DNA of 64,000 bases from NCBI GenBank assembly GCA_003280965.1, contig QCDI01000009.1:22778-86777 (forward strand), given 5' to 3'. Positions within the stretch are counted from its first letter, which is position 1; every line of letters starts with the position of its first letter. Both the position numbers and the translations under genes were made by a program. Of the stretch, positions 41,600-51,527 are shown in pieces. The DNA is from Prochlorococcus sp. AG-355-B18. GTDB taxonomy: Bacteria > Cyanobacteriota > Cyanobacteriia > PCC-6307 > Cyanobiaceae. The notes beneath the pieces are model-generated. The model saw nothing but the letters and a program-made list of their open reading frames with translations, ran no database searches and was not told the DNA's origin.

Positions 41600-41639
41600 A
41601 GAATCAATACTAGACTAGTTCCTAGTCTTATATTAGACA
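41600..41639. repeat. Phased pentamer array copy 3: AGAAT-N7-AGACT-N7-AGTCT-N6-AGACA
   Basis: Contains AGTCTTATATTAGA (41624-41637), identical to 40875-40888. Confidence 0.8.
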
Positions 41640-41652
41640 ATTAATACACTTA

Positions 41653-44094
41653 TTATCTCAATTTTGTATTAAATCTTTTTTCAACTTTAGAAACTATATT
41701 TGAATGAATTGATGAGATATCTGAATCTAGTAATGTTTTATCTTTATCTCTATAAGATAATCTAAAGGTATAACTTATAAAATCTTCTCCAAAATTAATA
41801 TCCTTAAAAACATCAATTAAATTAACATCCTCTAGAAGATTCTTTCCTGTTTTTCTTATTTCTGATGTTATCTCGCTTATTAAATGTTCTTTACTGAAAA
41901 TGAAATTAATATCCCGTTCCATTTTTGGAACAATTGGGTATTGCTTATATATTGGAATCCATTTATTTTTCCTAGTGCTAGCACACAAGAGATTAGCTAC
42001 ATTTATGCTAAATAAATAAACTTTTTTTAAAGCAGTCTTATCCAATATTAGTTTTGGATGTATTTCACCAAAATATCCAGCATCTTTTCCTTCAATAAAT
42101 AATTTTGCTGTTCTTCCAGGATGAAGAAAATCAATTGAATTAGTAGGTTTATCATCCACTTTTATATTTAAAGATGATAAGGCCTCTTTTAACTTTCCTC
42201 TTGCCTCATAATAATTTAGATCATTATCCTTCCCTGAATTAACCCATGCCCCAAATTTTTTATTCCCAAAAATTGCACCATTTAGTATTTCTTCTTGTAT
42301 AAATTCAGAACTCTTATAAAAAACATTTCCAACTTCAAAAATATAACAACTTGTTTGTCCAGACTTTATATTACGATTTACAATCTCTAAATGTTCCTCC
42401 CAGATGTTATCTCTCAGACAGCTAGTTTCCAGTAACAAAGGATTAGAAATCTTTATAAGTGATTCTTTATCCTCTGGAACAAGAGAATAACTAAGTACTT
42501 CGTTAAAACCGTTTTCTATGAAACCACTTTTTACCTTTTTCAATGCCAACTGCTGTGATGACAATTTTCCAGGCTTAATTGGATTAGGAAGGTTTAAGTC
42601 AAATCTGTCATAGCCAATTAATCTCGCAATTTCTTCAATTAAATCTATTTCTCTTACTAAATCTTGCGATCTATTGGGAATTACTGTTACATCCCAACCA
42701 TATTCTTTACTTTTTAAAGTACAACCAATGAGCATTAATTTATCAACTATTTCATTGTCAGATAAATTTCTTTTATCTAATTGATCATTGATGATTAAAG
42801 GACCAAGAATTTTATGTATACGATTTCTTCTTAATTTAATAAAAACATCCTCATTATTTATTAAATTTGAAGTACTAATGATTGGTAAATTAATAGGATA
42901 ATATTCTTCTAAAAGATTTATTGCCCGTGTAACTGCTCCTATTGTATTTTTAGATGAAATCCCTTTTTCATATCTACTACTAGATTCTGTTCTTACTCCT
43001 ATCTCCCTTGAAGATTTTCTAATGGTGACTGGATTAAAAACAGCCCCTTCAAGATAAATTGATGAGGTGGTATTGGTTACTGAAGTCTCTAGACCTCCTA
43101 TTACCCCTGCAATAGCAACTGGTTTGTCACAACAAGTAATAATGGTGATATTTTCATTTAAATCATAATTTTTACCATCCAAGCATTTAAGGCTTTCGTT
43201 ATCTTTAGCTTTTCTTACAGAGAAATCATTTGGAGAAACTTCCTTACCAATTAAATTAGATAGTTTATCTTTATCAAACGCATGTAAAGGTTGTCCTTGT
43301 TCTAAGAGAATATAGTTTGTTAAATCAACTAGTAGATTAATTGATTTGATACCTGATTTTTCAATACGATCTCTGAGCCATCTTGGCGATAATTTCTCTC
43401 CATTTACTCCGTTAATACAGGTTATTGTATAAAGACAATTTGATGTTATGGCCTCGGGGCAAAGTTGAATTTCTTTAAGTAAATTAATCTCGTATTTATG
43501 ATTTAATTGTGGAAAATCTAATTTAGACTCTAAAAGAGCAGAAATTTCGCGTGCTATACCAATAACTGACATTCCGTCAGGTCTATTTGCTGTAATAGCT
43601 AGATCATAAATAAAATCATTTAATTGAAGTAAATTAGATCCTGGAGTCCCCAATTTATGTTTTAAGGCTAATTCTTCATCTATGATCTCTATACCATCAC
43701 TTGAATCTTCTAGGCCGAGTTCCTGCAACGAACATATCATTCCTTCGCTAAGGACACCTCTAATCTCGCTTCTTTTAATAGTTAAATTAACAGCATTTAA
43801 TTCTGCTCCGACAGTAGCAACATAGACATAAATATTTGGTTTAATATTAGACGCACCACAGATAATTTGTAGATTCTTTGGATTACCGATATCGACTTGG
43901 CAAATAGATAGTTTTTCAGATCCTTCATGTTTTAAAACAGATAAAACCTTACCTAATACGACGCCATTTACATTTTTTGAACAATTTTCTAGTGATTCCA
44001 CCTCAAATCCACCAATAGATAATTTCTCAGAAAGATCTTCAGGTGTAGAATTTATTTCTACTAAATTTTTTAACCAATTTTGAGAAACTTTCAT
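41653..44094 (-). CDS. pheT: Phenylalanine--tRNA ligase beta subunit
   Basis: QIICGASN, SEGMICS, TANRPD, DLIEEIARL.GY, LHPGR. Confidence 0.97.
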   Translation of the reverse strand: MKVSQNWLKNLVEINSTPEDLSEKLSIGGFEVESLENCSKNVNGVVLGKVLSVLKHEGSEKLSICQVDIGNPKNLQIICGASNIKPNIYVYVATVGAELNAVNLTIKRSEIRGVLSEGMICSLQELGLEDSSDGIEIIDEELALKHKLGTPGSNLLQLNDFIYDLAITANRPDGMSVIGIAREISALLESKLDFPQLNHKYEINLLKEIQLCPEAITSNCLYTITCINGVNGEKLSPRWLRDRIEKSGIKSINLLVDLTNYILLEQGQPLHAFDKDKLSNLIGKEVSPNDFSVRKAKDNESLKCLDGKNYDLNENITIITCCDKPVAIAGVIGGLETSVTNTTSSIYLEGAVFNPVTIRKSSREIGVRTESSSRYEKGISSKNTIGAVTRAINLLEEYYPINLPIISTSNLINNEDVFIKLRRNRIHKILGPLIINDQLDKRNLSDNEIVDKLMLIGCTLKSKEYGWDVTVIPNRSQDLVREIDLIEEIARLIGYDRFDLNLPNPIKPGKLSSQQLALKKVKSGFIENGFNEVLSYSLVPEDKESLIKISNPLLLETSCLRDNIWEEHLEIVNRNIKSGQTSCYIFEVGNVFYKSSEFIQEEILNGAIFGNKKFGAWVNSGKDNDLNYYEARGKLKEALSSLNIKVDDKPTNSIDFLHPGRTAKLFIEGKDAGYFGEIHPKLILDKTALKKVYLFSINVANLLCASTRKNKWIPIYKQYPIVPKMERDINFIFSKEHLISEITSEIRKTGKNLLEDVNLIDVFKDINFGEDFISYTFRLSYRDKDKTLLDSDISSIHSNIVSKVEKRFNTKLR

Positions 44095-44195
44095 ATATAA
44101 ATACTATTCGATGATAATAAAAGAAATGGAAATATCTTCAAAATAGTTTGTTGAAGATGTACAATAGAAAATTATACATTAACGTATTAATTAAA

Positions 44196-44390
44196 ATGGC
44201 TAAAAAAGGGACAAGAGTTGTAGTGACCCTAGAATGTACTGAAGCTAGAACAAGCACAGACCCTAAGAGATCTAATGGTATCTCAAGATATACTACTGAA
44301 AAGAACCGTAGAAATACAACTGAAAGATTAGAACTAAAAAAGTTTAATCCTCATTTAAACAGAATGACTATTCATAAAGAAATAAAGTAA
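44196..44390 (+). CDS. rpmG: 50S ribosomal protein L33
   Basis: [16 protein letters not shown]...[23 protein letters not shown] 44196. Confidence 0.97.
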   Translation: MAKKGTRVVVTLECTEARTSTDPKRSNGISRYTTEKNRRNTTERLELKKFNPHLNRMTIHKEIK

Positions 44391-44403
44391 TCAAATCAAA
44401 AAC

Positions 44404-44625
44404 ATGCCTAATTCAATTTTTAAAAAACAATTATCACCTATTAAACCTGGAGATCCTATTGATTATAAGGATGTAGAACTCCTTAAGAAATTCATTACTG
44501 AAAGGGGTAAAATCCTACCTAGAAGAATGACTGGGTTAACTTCAAAACAACAAAGAGATCTAACATTAGCCGTAAAAAGGGCCCGAATAGTGGCATTATT
44601 ACCCTTTGTTAATCCTGAAGGGTAG
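44404..44625 (+). CDS. rpsR: 30S ribosomal protein S18
   Basis: [26 protein letters not shown]. Confidence 0.98.
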   Translation: MPNSIFKKQLSPIKPGDPIDYKDVELLKKFITERGKILPRRMTGLTSKQQRDLTLAVKRARIVALLPFVNPEG

Positions 44626-44670
44626 TTACTTATATAAAATAACTAGCATTATGTCTAATATTTCAAATAT

Positions 44671-45855
44671 TTGAAAGATTTAACTAGTTTAAAAACATAT
44701 ATTATTGACTCTGAAGATCCACATGAAGTTGATGATGCTATCTCCTTAGAAATACAAGAGGGAGATATAAAAAATTTATGGATACATATTAGTAATCCAT
44801 GTAGGTTATTTTTGCAAGATTCGAATATCGATCTTGATGCAAAAAAAAGAAATAGCAGTTTGTATTTGACTGATCAATATACAGCAATGCTACCTTTAGA
44901 AATACTTCAGGAGGCGAATTTATCGCAAAATAAAATTTCAAAAACTATTAGTGCATCAATAGAATTCAACGAAGACGGCTCTATAAATCATTATGAAATA
45001 ATTGAAGCTATTATAAAACCTAAATATCAATTAACTTATGAAGATGCAAATGAAATATTAGATCTTGAGCCAAAAGAAGAATTTGAATTAGTTGAAATTA
45101 AAAATTTATTAGAAAAAAGTATTGAATATAGAAAAAAACAAGGAGCAATAAACTTTGAAAGCCCTAATAGTAAACTTAAGTTAAATAAAGATAAAATTAT
45201 AATAACTAAAGTAGAAAAAACAATAGCACAAATTATTATTGCTGAAGCAATGATTTTAATGGGTTATGTAACAAGCTTATTTTTAAATAAAAATAATCTA
45301 GCGGCCGCATATAGAGTTCAAAAAGTTAATTGTAACCCATATGAAATATTAAATAAATATAGAGATAGTGAGATAAAATTTATACTACTTAAACAATATA
45401 TGGGAAGAAGTTTTATAACAATAAAACCAAATAATCATGAGTCTTTGGGTCTTAAAACGTATGTACAATGCACTTCACCATTACGAAGATATCTAGATTT
45501 AATTATACAAAGACAGGTTTATAATAAATTAATTAATTGTGAAATTATATCTAAAAATTCTATGACTCAAATTATTGAGTATTCTAAAAAACGACAAATA
45601 GAGAATAACAATATATATAAAAATGATAGATTTAAATATTTATCTTTATTTTTTAATAATGAAAATAAACCTTTTTATAAAATAATATTTGTTAAGTGGA
45701 TTAATCATAAAAGAAATATTGCGTTAGTTTTTTTTCCAGAGTATTCACTTGAAATTCTTATTACTCTATTTGTTTCAATAGAAATATATAGTAATAAAGT
45801 TTATAACGTAAAATATAATATAAATGATAATAATCTTTTAGAGTTTATTTATTAA
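44671..45855 (+). CDS. RNB (RNase II) catalytic-domain-only protein
   Basis: IDSEDPHEVDDAIS, H.SLGL..Y...TSPLRRYLDL; starts directly at the RNB domain. Confidence 0.85.
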   Translation: MKDLTSLKTYIIDSEDPHEVDDAISLEIQEGDIKNLWIHISNPCRLFLQDSNIDLDAKKRNSSLYLTDQYTAMLPLEILQEANLSQNKISKTISASIEFNEDGSINHYEIIEAIIKPKYQLTYEDANEILDLEPKEEFELVEIKNLLEKSIEYRKKQGAINFESPNSKLKLNKDKIIITKVEKTIAQIIIAEAMILMGYVTSLFLNKNNLAAAYRVQKVNCNPYEILNKYRDSEIKFILLKQYMGRSFITIKPNNHESLGLKTYVQCTSPLRRYLDLIIQRQVYNKLINCEIISKNSMTQIIEYSKKRQIENNNIYKNDRFKYLSLFFNNENKPFYKIIFVKWINHKRNIALVFFPEYSLEILITLFVSIEIYSNKVYNVKYNINDNNLLEFIY

Positions 45856-45923
45856 TCAGAAAATGAAATATATAACTCATTATTAGTTTAAAAAATATCT
45901 GTTAATATTAATAAAAAAGCTTT

Positions 45924-47459
45924 ATGAGTTTTGTCATTACAACCCCTTTATATTATGTAAATGATAAACCTCACTTAGGAAGTGTATATACAACTATAGT
46001 TTGCGACTCCATATCAAGGTACAAAAGACTTATGGGTGAAGACGTAATTTTCATAACAGGTGTTGATGAACATGGTTTAAAAATACAAAGAACAGCAAAT
46101 GAAAAGGGTATTGAACCTAAGATTCATTGTGATGAAATTTCAGAAATCTTCAGTATTAATTGGAAAAATTGGAATATATCCTACGACAAATTTATAAGAA
46201 CAAGCTCAATAAATCATGAGTTAGTAGTTAATGAATTTTATGAGAGAGTAAAGGAATCAGATGACATATATATGGGAGTACAGAAAGGTTGGTATTGTGT
46301 CGGTTGTGAAGAATTTAAAGATAATCCCGAAAATTCGGCAACATACAAATGTCCAATACATCAAAAAAATTTAGAATGGAAAAATGAGGAGAATCTTTTT
46401 TTTAGGCTATCTAAATACCAAAAACAAATAGAAAACATAATAAACGAACCCTCATTCATAGAGCCTATTGAGAGAAAGAATGAAATTATAAATTTTGTTT
46501 CTAGAGGTTTAAAGGATTTTTCAATCTCAAGAACAAATGTCTCATGGGGAATTCCAGTTCCTGATCATAATAACCATACCTTTTATGTATGGTTTGATGC
46601 ATTACTTGGATATGTAAGTGCTATCAGTTCTGATACAAAAGAGCATTCACTGGAAAAATCAATTAGTGGGGGATGGCCTGCTGACATTCATTTGATTGGG
46701 AAAGATATACTTAGGTTTCATGCTGTCTATTGGCCTGCAATGCTTATTTCTGCTGGTATGAAAGTCCCGAAAAAAGTTTTCGGGCATGGTTTTCTAACCA
46801 GAGAAGGTCAAAAAATGGGTAAAAGTTTAGGAAACGTACTTGACCCCGATTTATTACTTTCTAAATACGGGAATGATCCTGTTAGATGGTACCTAATTAA
46901 AGATATATCTCTTGGAAATGATGGAGATTTCCAAGATAAAAGATTTGTAGACATCATCAATAATGACTTAGCTAATACAATTGGTAATTTGCTTAATAGA
47001 ACATTATCTATGTCTAGAAAATGGTTTGATAATAAAGTACCAGATAATGAAAAAATATCTGGTGAAAATAAATTAGAGCAAATCGCAAAAATATCAGTAG
47101 AAAACTATCATGAAAAATTCAATAAATACAAATTGGATCTTGCAGCTAATGAGGTGCTTAACCTTGCCATCAACACAAATTTATACTTAAACGACAATCA
47201 ACCTTGGTTGTTAATAAAAGAAAAAGATAACTTCCCTATTGTCAAAGAAATAATTTATAACGTATTGGAGAGTACTCGAATAATAGGATTATTATTATTA
47301 CCTTTACTTCCTGAATTATCATCAAAAATAGATAGGCAACTAGGATCCCTATACAAAAATGAGATTCCATGGGATCAACAACTTAAATGGGGACAATTAA
47401 TTAGTAACTCAAGCCTTCCTAAACCATCTCCAGTAATAAATAAACTTGAGTATGAATAG
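45924..47459 (+). CDS. metG: Methionine--tRNA ligase
   Basis: YYVNDKPHLGS, YVWFDAL, GKDILRFH, KMGKSLGN. Confidence 0.97.
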   Translation: MSFVITTPLYYVNDKPHLGSVYTTIVCDSISRYKRLMGEDVIFITGVDEHGLKIQRTANEKGIEPKIHCDEISEIFSINWKNWNISYDKFIRTSSINHELVVNEFYERVKESDDIYMGVQKGWYCVGCEEFKDNPENSATYKCPIHQKNLEWKNEENLFFRLSKYQKQIENIINEPSFIEPIERKNEIINFVSRGLKDFSISRTNVSWGIPVPDHNNHTFYVWFDALLGYVSAISSDTKEHSLEKSISGGWPADIHLIGKDILRFHAVYWPAMLISAGMKVPKKVFGHGFLTREGQKMGKSLGNVLDPDLLLSKYGNDPVRWYLIKDISLGNDGDFQDKRFVDIINNDLANTIGNLLNRTLSMSRKWFDNKVPDNEKISGENKLEQIAKISVENYHEKFNKYKLDLAANEVLNLAINTNLYLNDNQPWLLIKEKDNFPIVKEIIYNVLESTRIIGLLLLPLLPELSSKIDRQLGSLYKNEIPWDQQLKWGQLISNSSLPKPSPVINKLEYE

Positions 47460-48075
47460 AATCTATAAGTTAATATCTTTTTTCCCAATATTAATAATTG
47501 GATGTACTCCTAATGTAATTGAAAAAAATAAAGTAAAGCAAAAAATAGATAGTTTAGATATGGATATTTTTTCTAATAAAGGAGAGAAAATTTATTCTAT
47601 AACCAGTCCATACTCAAGTTTTGATAAAAATAAGCAAAAATTTCAATTACAAAAGTCAATTATAAATATTTTTAACGGTGAAAAAATCAAATATATTATA
47701 AAATCCGATGAATCTGCATTATCAAACAACAATAAATTTCTAGAATTAAAAGGTAATGTAAAGTTAAAAACCATTGGTCAAGATGATGATATTTTACATG
47801 CAGATAATTTCATCTGGAATATAGATGAGAATAATTATTTATTAAGGGGAAATATAAGATTTGAAAATAACAATATAATATTAAACTCAGCTGAAGCCAA
47901 GTTGGGTTCAGATAATATAATTGAGTTTTTTAATCCAGTTAAATATGTAATTAAGGGTAATAAAAACGAGGATAAATATGAAATCAATTCAGAAAATGCA
48001 TACTATAATATCGAGACCGAATCAGTAAGTTTTAAAGCAAAAGAAAAAAGAGTTCGCTCAATAATTTATTTTTAA
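47446..48075 (+). CDS. lptC: LptC-like LPS export periplasmic protein (probable lipoprotein)
   Basis: Lipobox-like IIGC, beta-rich repeats (LELKGNV, LRGNIRF); start probably the second Met at 47452. Confidence 0.65.
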   Translation: MSMNRIYKLISFFPILIIGCTPNVIEKNKVKQKIDSLDMDIFSNKGEKIYSITSPYSSFDKNKQKFQLQKSIINIFNGEKIKYIIKSDESALSNNNKFLELKGNVKLKTIGQDDDILHADNFIWNIDENNYLLRGNIRFENNNIILNSAEAKLGSDNIIEFFNPVKYVIKGNKNEDKYEINSENAYYNIETESVSFKAKEKRVRSIIYF

Positions 48076-48698
48076 ATATTATTTTTTAAAAAAATATTAT
48101 TAATTTTCTTCGACCAATTATTTATCCATTTTTCATCTGACTTAGTAAAACATTTTGCACTCCAGCCACCTATCAATATAAAAGCTTTAGCATTAATTGG
48201 TACAACTAAAATAGATGGTATTTCAGGACAAAAATCAGAAAATTCATCTCTTCCTGGATAAAATTTGGTATTTGCTAAGGATATTAGTTTCATATCTTTT
48301 GTTGATCTCAGACAAGTATCTCCAGGACTAAATTCATTACTTGATGTAATTCCCCTCCTTAAAATATTAACTCCATCATTGTGTATTAAAATTGCAGCGG
48401 CAGCAGTAGAAGTTAATATCGCTTCAGATCCCCATGCAAGTTCGTCAATAACTTCATTTGGAATGTTTTTATCGAATATAAACTTATTTTCACCTTTAAG
48501 ATTAGCTTTCTCACCAGCTAATGGTTCAAATTGTTTGAATAAGAAACCTATCAAAATAATAATCAATGAAGCTATTGCAGCTAGTACTTGTGCTCTTTCG
48601 AGTTCAGGGGTAATTATTTCTATTGAAAAGAAATTAGCTATTTGAAAAATAAAGAGTATTGAACCTATTAATATTAAAGATTTTCCATTGGCACCCAT
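48072..48698 (-). CDS. Cofactor assembly of complex C subunit B (CCB2/CCB4-like)
   Basis: ELAWGS..LT.T, L..YPGR.EF, F...DE.W motifs. Confidence 0.75.
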   Translation of the reverse strand: MGANGKSLILIGSILFIFQIANFFSIEIITPELERAQVLAAIASLIIILIGFLFKQFEPLAGEKANLKGENKFIFDKNIPNEVIDELAWGSEAILTSTAAAAILIHNDGVNILRRGITSSNEFSPGDTCLRSTKDMKLISLANTKFYPGRDEFSDFCPEIPSILVVPINAKAFILIGGWSAKCFTKSDEKWINNWSKKINNIFLKNNI

Positions 48699-48809
48699 TT
48701 ATAAGATATGTTAATTCTATTTAAACTATGGAAATATTATATTAGTTAGTAAGTTTAATAAGACTCAAACATAACGTTTTTAATATATAATTAACCAAAA
48801 CCTCTTAAA

Positions 48810-49118
48810 ATGAATTTTAAAATTAATAAATATCTTTTTTCTTTTATCACTTCTTGCTTAATATTCATAGTTATTCCTTCAACTTCTTACGCAGATGTTA
48901 ACAACAATATAAATAAATTATTTGTTGTCTCTCAACAAAAAACCATTAATTACGAAAAAAGCCAGCCTTCATCAATAGATAACCCAGTAGTTGATCCAAA
49001 TTTCAATGTAATGAGATCTACAGATACTGAAAGCTCAACTGCTACTTACATTGTTATCGGTTTGTTAATTGCTGCCACAATAATACCTTTAGCGACATGG
49101 TGGTACTTCTCTAAATAA
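48810..49118 (+). CDS. Hypothetical protein, signal peptide + C-terminal TM helix
   Basis: SYA-D cleavage-like site; C-terminal YIVIGLLIAATIIPLATWWYFSK. Confidence 0.7.
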   Translation: MNFKINKYLFSFITSCLIFIVIPSTSYADVNNNINKLFVVSQQKTINYEKSQPSSIDNPVVDPNFNVMRSTDTESSTATYIVIGLLIAATIIPLATWWYFSK

Positions 49119-49126
49119 GAGAATTT

Positions 49127-49687
49127 ATGAATGACAAAAATTCAAGAATTAGTATTCAATTGTCTCATATTATTTTTATTACAGGAGGAACAAAAAGTGG
49201 TAAAAGTGAATTTGCGGAATATCTAGCAAAGGTAGAAAAGAATCTATCATATGTTGCCTTATCAGAAATAAATCCAGATGACAAGAAATGGCAAAAAAAA
49301 ATTAACTTACATCGAAAAAGAAGACCAAAAAATTGGAAGTTAATAGAGACGACAGATCTATTAAATACATTAAGTAAAGAAGATGGTCCATTACTTATAG
49401 ACTCTATAGGTGGTTTTGTTATGGAAAGTATTAATAAAGAAGATAAAGTATGGTTTATAAAGATGAATTCATTAATAAATCTTTTAAAGAAAAGAAAAAG
49501 CAAAACATTTATTGTGGGAGAGCAAGTAGGGTGGAGTTTAGTTTCAGAATATAAAATTGGTAATACTTATATTGAAAGAATCGGTGAACTGCAAAAGAGT
49601 ATAACTAAAATATCAAAAGATAATTGGCTTGCAATAAACGGCAGAGCAATCAAAATAGATGAAATAAGCTTAGAAATACCTTCTTAA
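49127..49687 (+). CDS. cobU: Adenosylcobinamide kinase / GTP:cobinamide-P guanylyltransferase
   Basis: TGGTKSGKSEFAE, H..RRP..W..IE, EQVGWSLV. Confidence 0.9.
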   Translation: MNDKNSRISIQLSHIIFITGGTKSGKSEFAEYLAKVEKNLSYVALSEINPDDKKWQKKINLHRKRRPKNWKLIETTDLLNTLSKEDGPLLIDSIGGFVMESINKEDKVWFIKMNSLINLLKKRKSKTFIVGEQVGWSLVSEYKIGNTYIERIGELQKSITKISKDNWLAINGRAIKIDEISLEIPS

Positions 49688-49689
49688 AA

Positions 49690-50172
49690 TTGGAAGTTGC
49701 TCTTTTTGAACCAAGAATCCCACAAAATACTGGTAATATTGCCAGATCATGTGCTGCATTTAACCTACCTTTAAACCTTATAGAGCCTTTGGGATTTAAA
49801 ATAGAAGATAAATATTTAAGAAGAGCTGGATTAGATTATTGGCCTTTAGTTACTGTTAACCAGTACAGTAATTTTGAAAAATTTTTAGAGTCAAAACCAA
49901 CAAAAAGAATAATATCTTTTAGTAAAAAAAACGGGATTTACTTGAAGGATTTTAAATTTAAGGAAGATGATATTTTGCTATTTGGTAGAGAAGATTCAGG
50001 ATTACCAGAACCCATTATTGATAAAAGTGACTTTTTAATATCAATATTTATGCCAAATTTACAAACTGGAAGCAATGATCATAAAGGTGTCAGAAGTTTA
50101 AATCTTTCTGTCGCATGTGGTATTGCTATATATGAGGCTCATAAACAAATAAATTTTCAAAATTGTTATTAA
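49690..50172 (+). CDS. trmL: tRNA (cytidine/uridine(34)-2'-O)-methyltransferase
   Basis: PRIPQNTGNI, RRAGLDYW, FGREDSGL, RSLNLS. Confidence 0.92.
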   Translation: MEVALFEPRIPQNTGNIARSCAAFNLPLNLIEPLGFKIEDKYLRRAGLDYWPLVTVNQYSNFEKFLESKPTKRIISFSKKNGIYLKDFKFKEDDILLFGREDSGLPEPIIDKSDFLISIFMPNLQTGSNDHKGVRSLNLSVACGIAIYEAHKQINFQNCY

Positions 50173-50201
50173 GTACAAATAATGTCTTACAATAATTTCA
50201 T

Positions 50202-50275
<74 letters not shown>

Positions 50276-50340
50276 TTTCAATACTTTCCGATTAAAGTGA
50301 TTAGACAAATTTTTCACTGCCATAACTTGTAAATATATTA

Positions 50341-50622
50341 ATGGTCAATTCAACTAGTACAGTCTTAGATCCAAAGAAAGCAAAATATTCTGAAGCAAGG
50401 GTAATTGTTCTAGATGATAGTTTTAATACTTTTCAACATGTCGCAAATTGCCTCCTTACGATTATCCCAGGGATGAGTGAAAATAGAGCATGGGATCTAA
50501 CTGTAAAAGTAGACAATTCTGGTTCAGCGGAAGTTTGGAGAGGTAATCTTGAACAAGCAGAGCTATATCATGAACAACTTGTCAGTAAAGGATTAACCAT
50601 GGCACCAATTGAGAAAACATAA
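50341..50622 (+). CDS. clpS: Clp protease adaptor ClpS
   Basis: VIVLDDSFNTFQHV..CL...IPGM, G.AEVW.G..EQAELY. Confidence 0.92.
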   Translation: MVNSTSTVLDPKKAKYSEARVIVLDDSFNTFQHVANCLLTIIPGMSENRAWDLTVKVDNSGSAEVWRGNLEQAELYHEQLVSKGLTMAPIEKT

Positions 50623-50634
50623 AAACAATTAAAA

Positions 50635-50877
50635 GTGACAGAAAATTTTTGGCTTATAAATCCTAATCGTTCAATGGTTAAAAGATTTGCAAAGAATAAA
50701 CAAAACAAAGATAAATTCTTTGAATATATGTTTATTGATTCAGGAAAAATTGTTGGCGTATTGGGTAAAGAACCACCAGTTTTGACAACAAGAGAAGAAA
50801 TTAAAATTGAAGCTGCTAGAGAAGCATGGAAGAAATTAATTGCTCAAGGTTGGCGTAAAACTCCTGAAGTTTGGTAA
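50635..50877 (+). CDS. DUF1651-like protein
   Basis: WLINP, PP.L, AREAWKKL...GW...W pattern. Confidence 0.7.
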   Translation: MTENFWLINPNRSMVKRFAKNKQNKDKFFEYMFIDSGKIVGVLGKEPPVLTTREEIKIEAAREAWKKLIAQGWRKTPEVW

Positions 50878-50944
50878 ATACTTTGAGAAAACATTTGCAT
50901 AATTTCTTACCTCTGTTAATTTTAGTGGAATTGGATAAGTTCAA

Positions 50945-51160
50945 ATGCAAGATCAAAGAATTGAAAAAATAGCAGCTGTTGCCGTAAACATAACTAAGGT
51001 GCTGATAATTTTTTATCTAGGCATTGTAGAAGTTTTTAAAATAGGCAAATCACTTAGAGACAAGTTAGATTTTGAATTTGATATTTCTCGAAAATGGGCT
51101 ACACAAACTTATTCAATTCTAAAAAAACGACAAGCGGAACGAAAAGTAGCGGGAGTTTAA
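50945..51160 (+). CDS. Hypothetical protein (71 aa)
   Basis: ORF track; hydrophobic segment and basic tail. Confidence 0.6.
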   Translation: MQDQRIEKIAAVAVNITKVLIIFYLGIVEVFKIGKSLRDKLDFEFDISRKWATQTYSILKKRQAERKVAGV

Positions 51161-51181
51161 AAATTATTGCTATAAATATAT

Positions 51182-51300
51182 TGAGGCCAAACCTCGTCAG
51201 CACACTCTAAGTATGCTGCAAGACATAAATTGATTCTATATAGTTGCGAGTCGATTTAATAATCCCTTCAGTAGTTGGAATTTATGGAGGGGTTTCTTGT
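51182..51300 (+). ncRNA. Candidate structured sRNA or 3' UTR with terminator-like hairpin
   Basis: GAGG/CCTC and CAGCA/TGCTG stems; AATCCCTTCA/TGGAGGGGTT 10-bp stem (G-U pairs favour + strand) followed by TCTTGTT. Confidence 0.35.
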
Positions 51301-51302
51301 TA

Positions 51303-51527
51303 ATGATATTTATTAAGTATTGGTTATAAATTATCCCAAGGTGGTCTTTCACCTGGTTTCTACCAATTTTATCTCTATGTTTAATATGGTCTCCTAGATG
51401 GCTAGGATTTACTTTTATTTCTCATACTGCAAATCATTTACCAAAAAATTTAATAACTAAAGCTAAAAGGGAATTATGTATTAAGAAATCAAAAGTTGAA
51501 ATGCAACTTCAAAAAAAGCAAGATTAA
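51303..51527 (+). pseudogene. Possible small Trp-rich membrane protein with in-frame TAA at codon 9
   Basis: MIFIKYWL*IIPRWSFTWFLPILSLCLIWSPRWLGF...KKQD*; TAA at 51327-51329. Confidence 0.35.

Noticed and set aside
40840..41639. AGWCT arrays as a CRISPR array
   Set aside because: Units are 5 bp with 6-7 bp spacers; there are no 25-45 bp repeats with unique spacers and no cas genes
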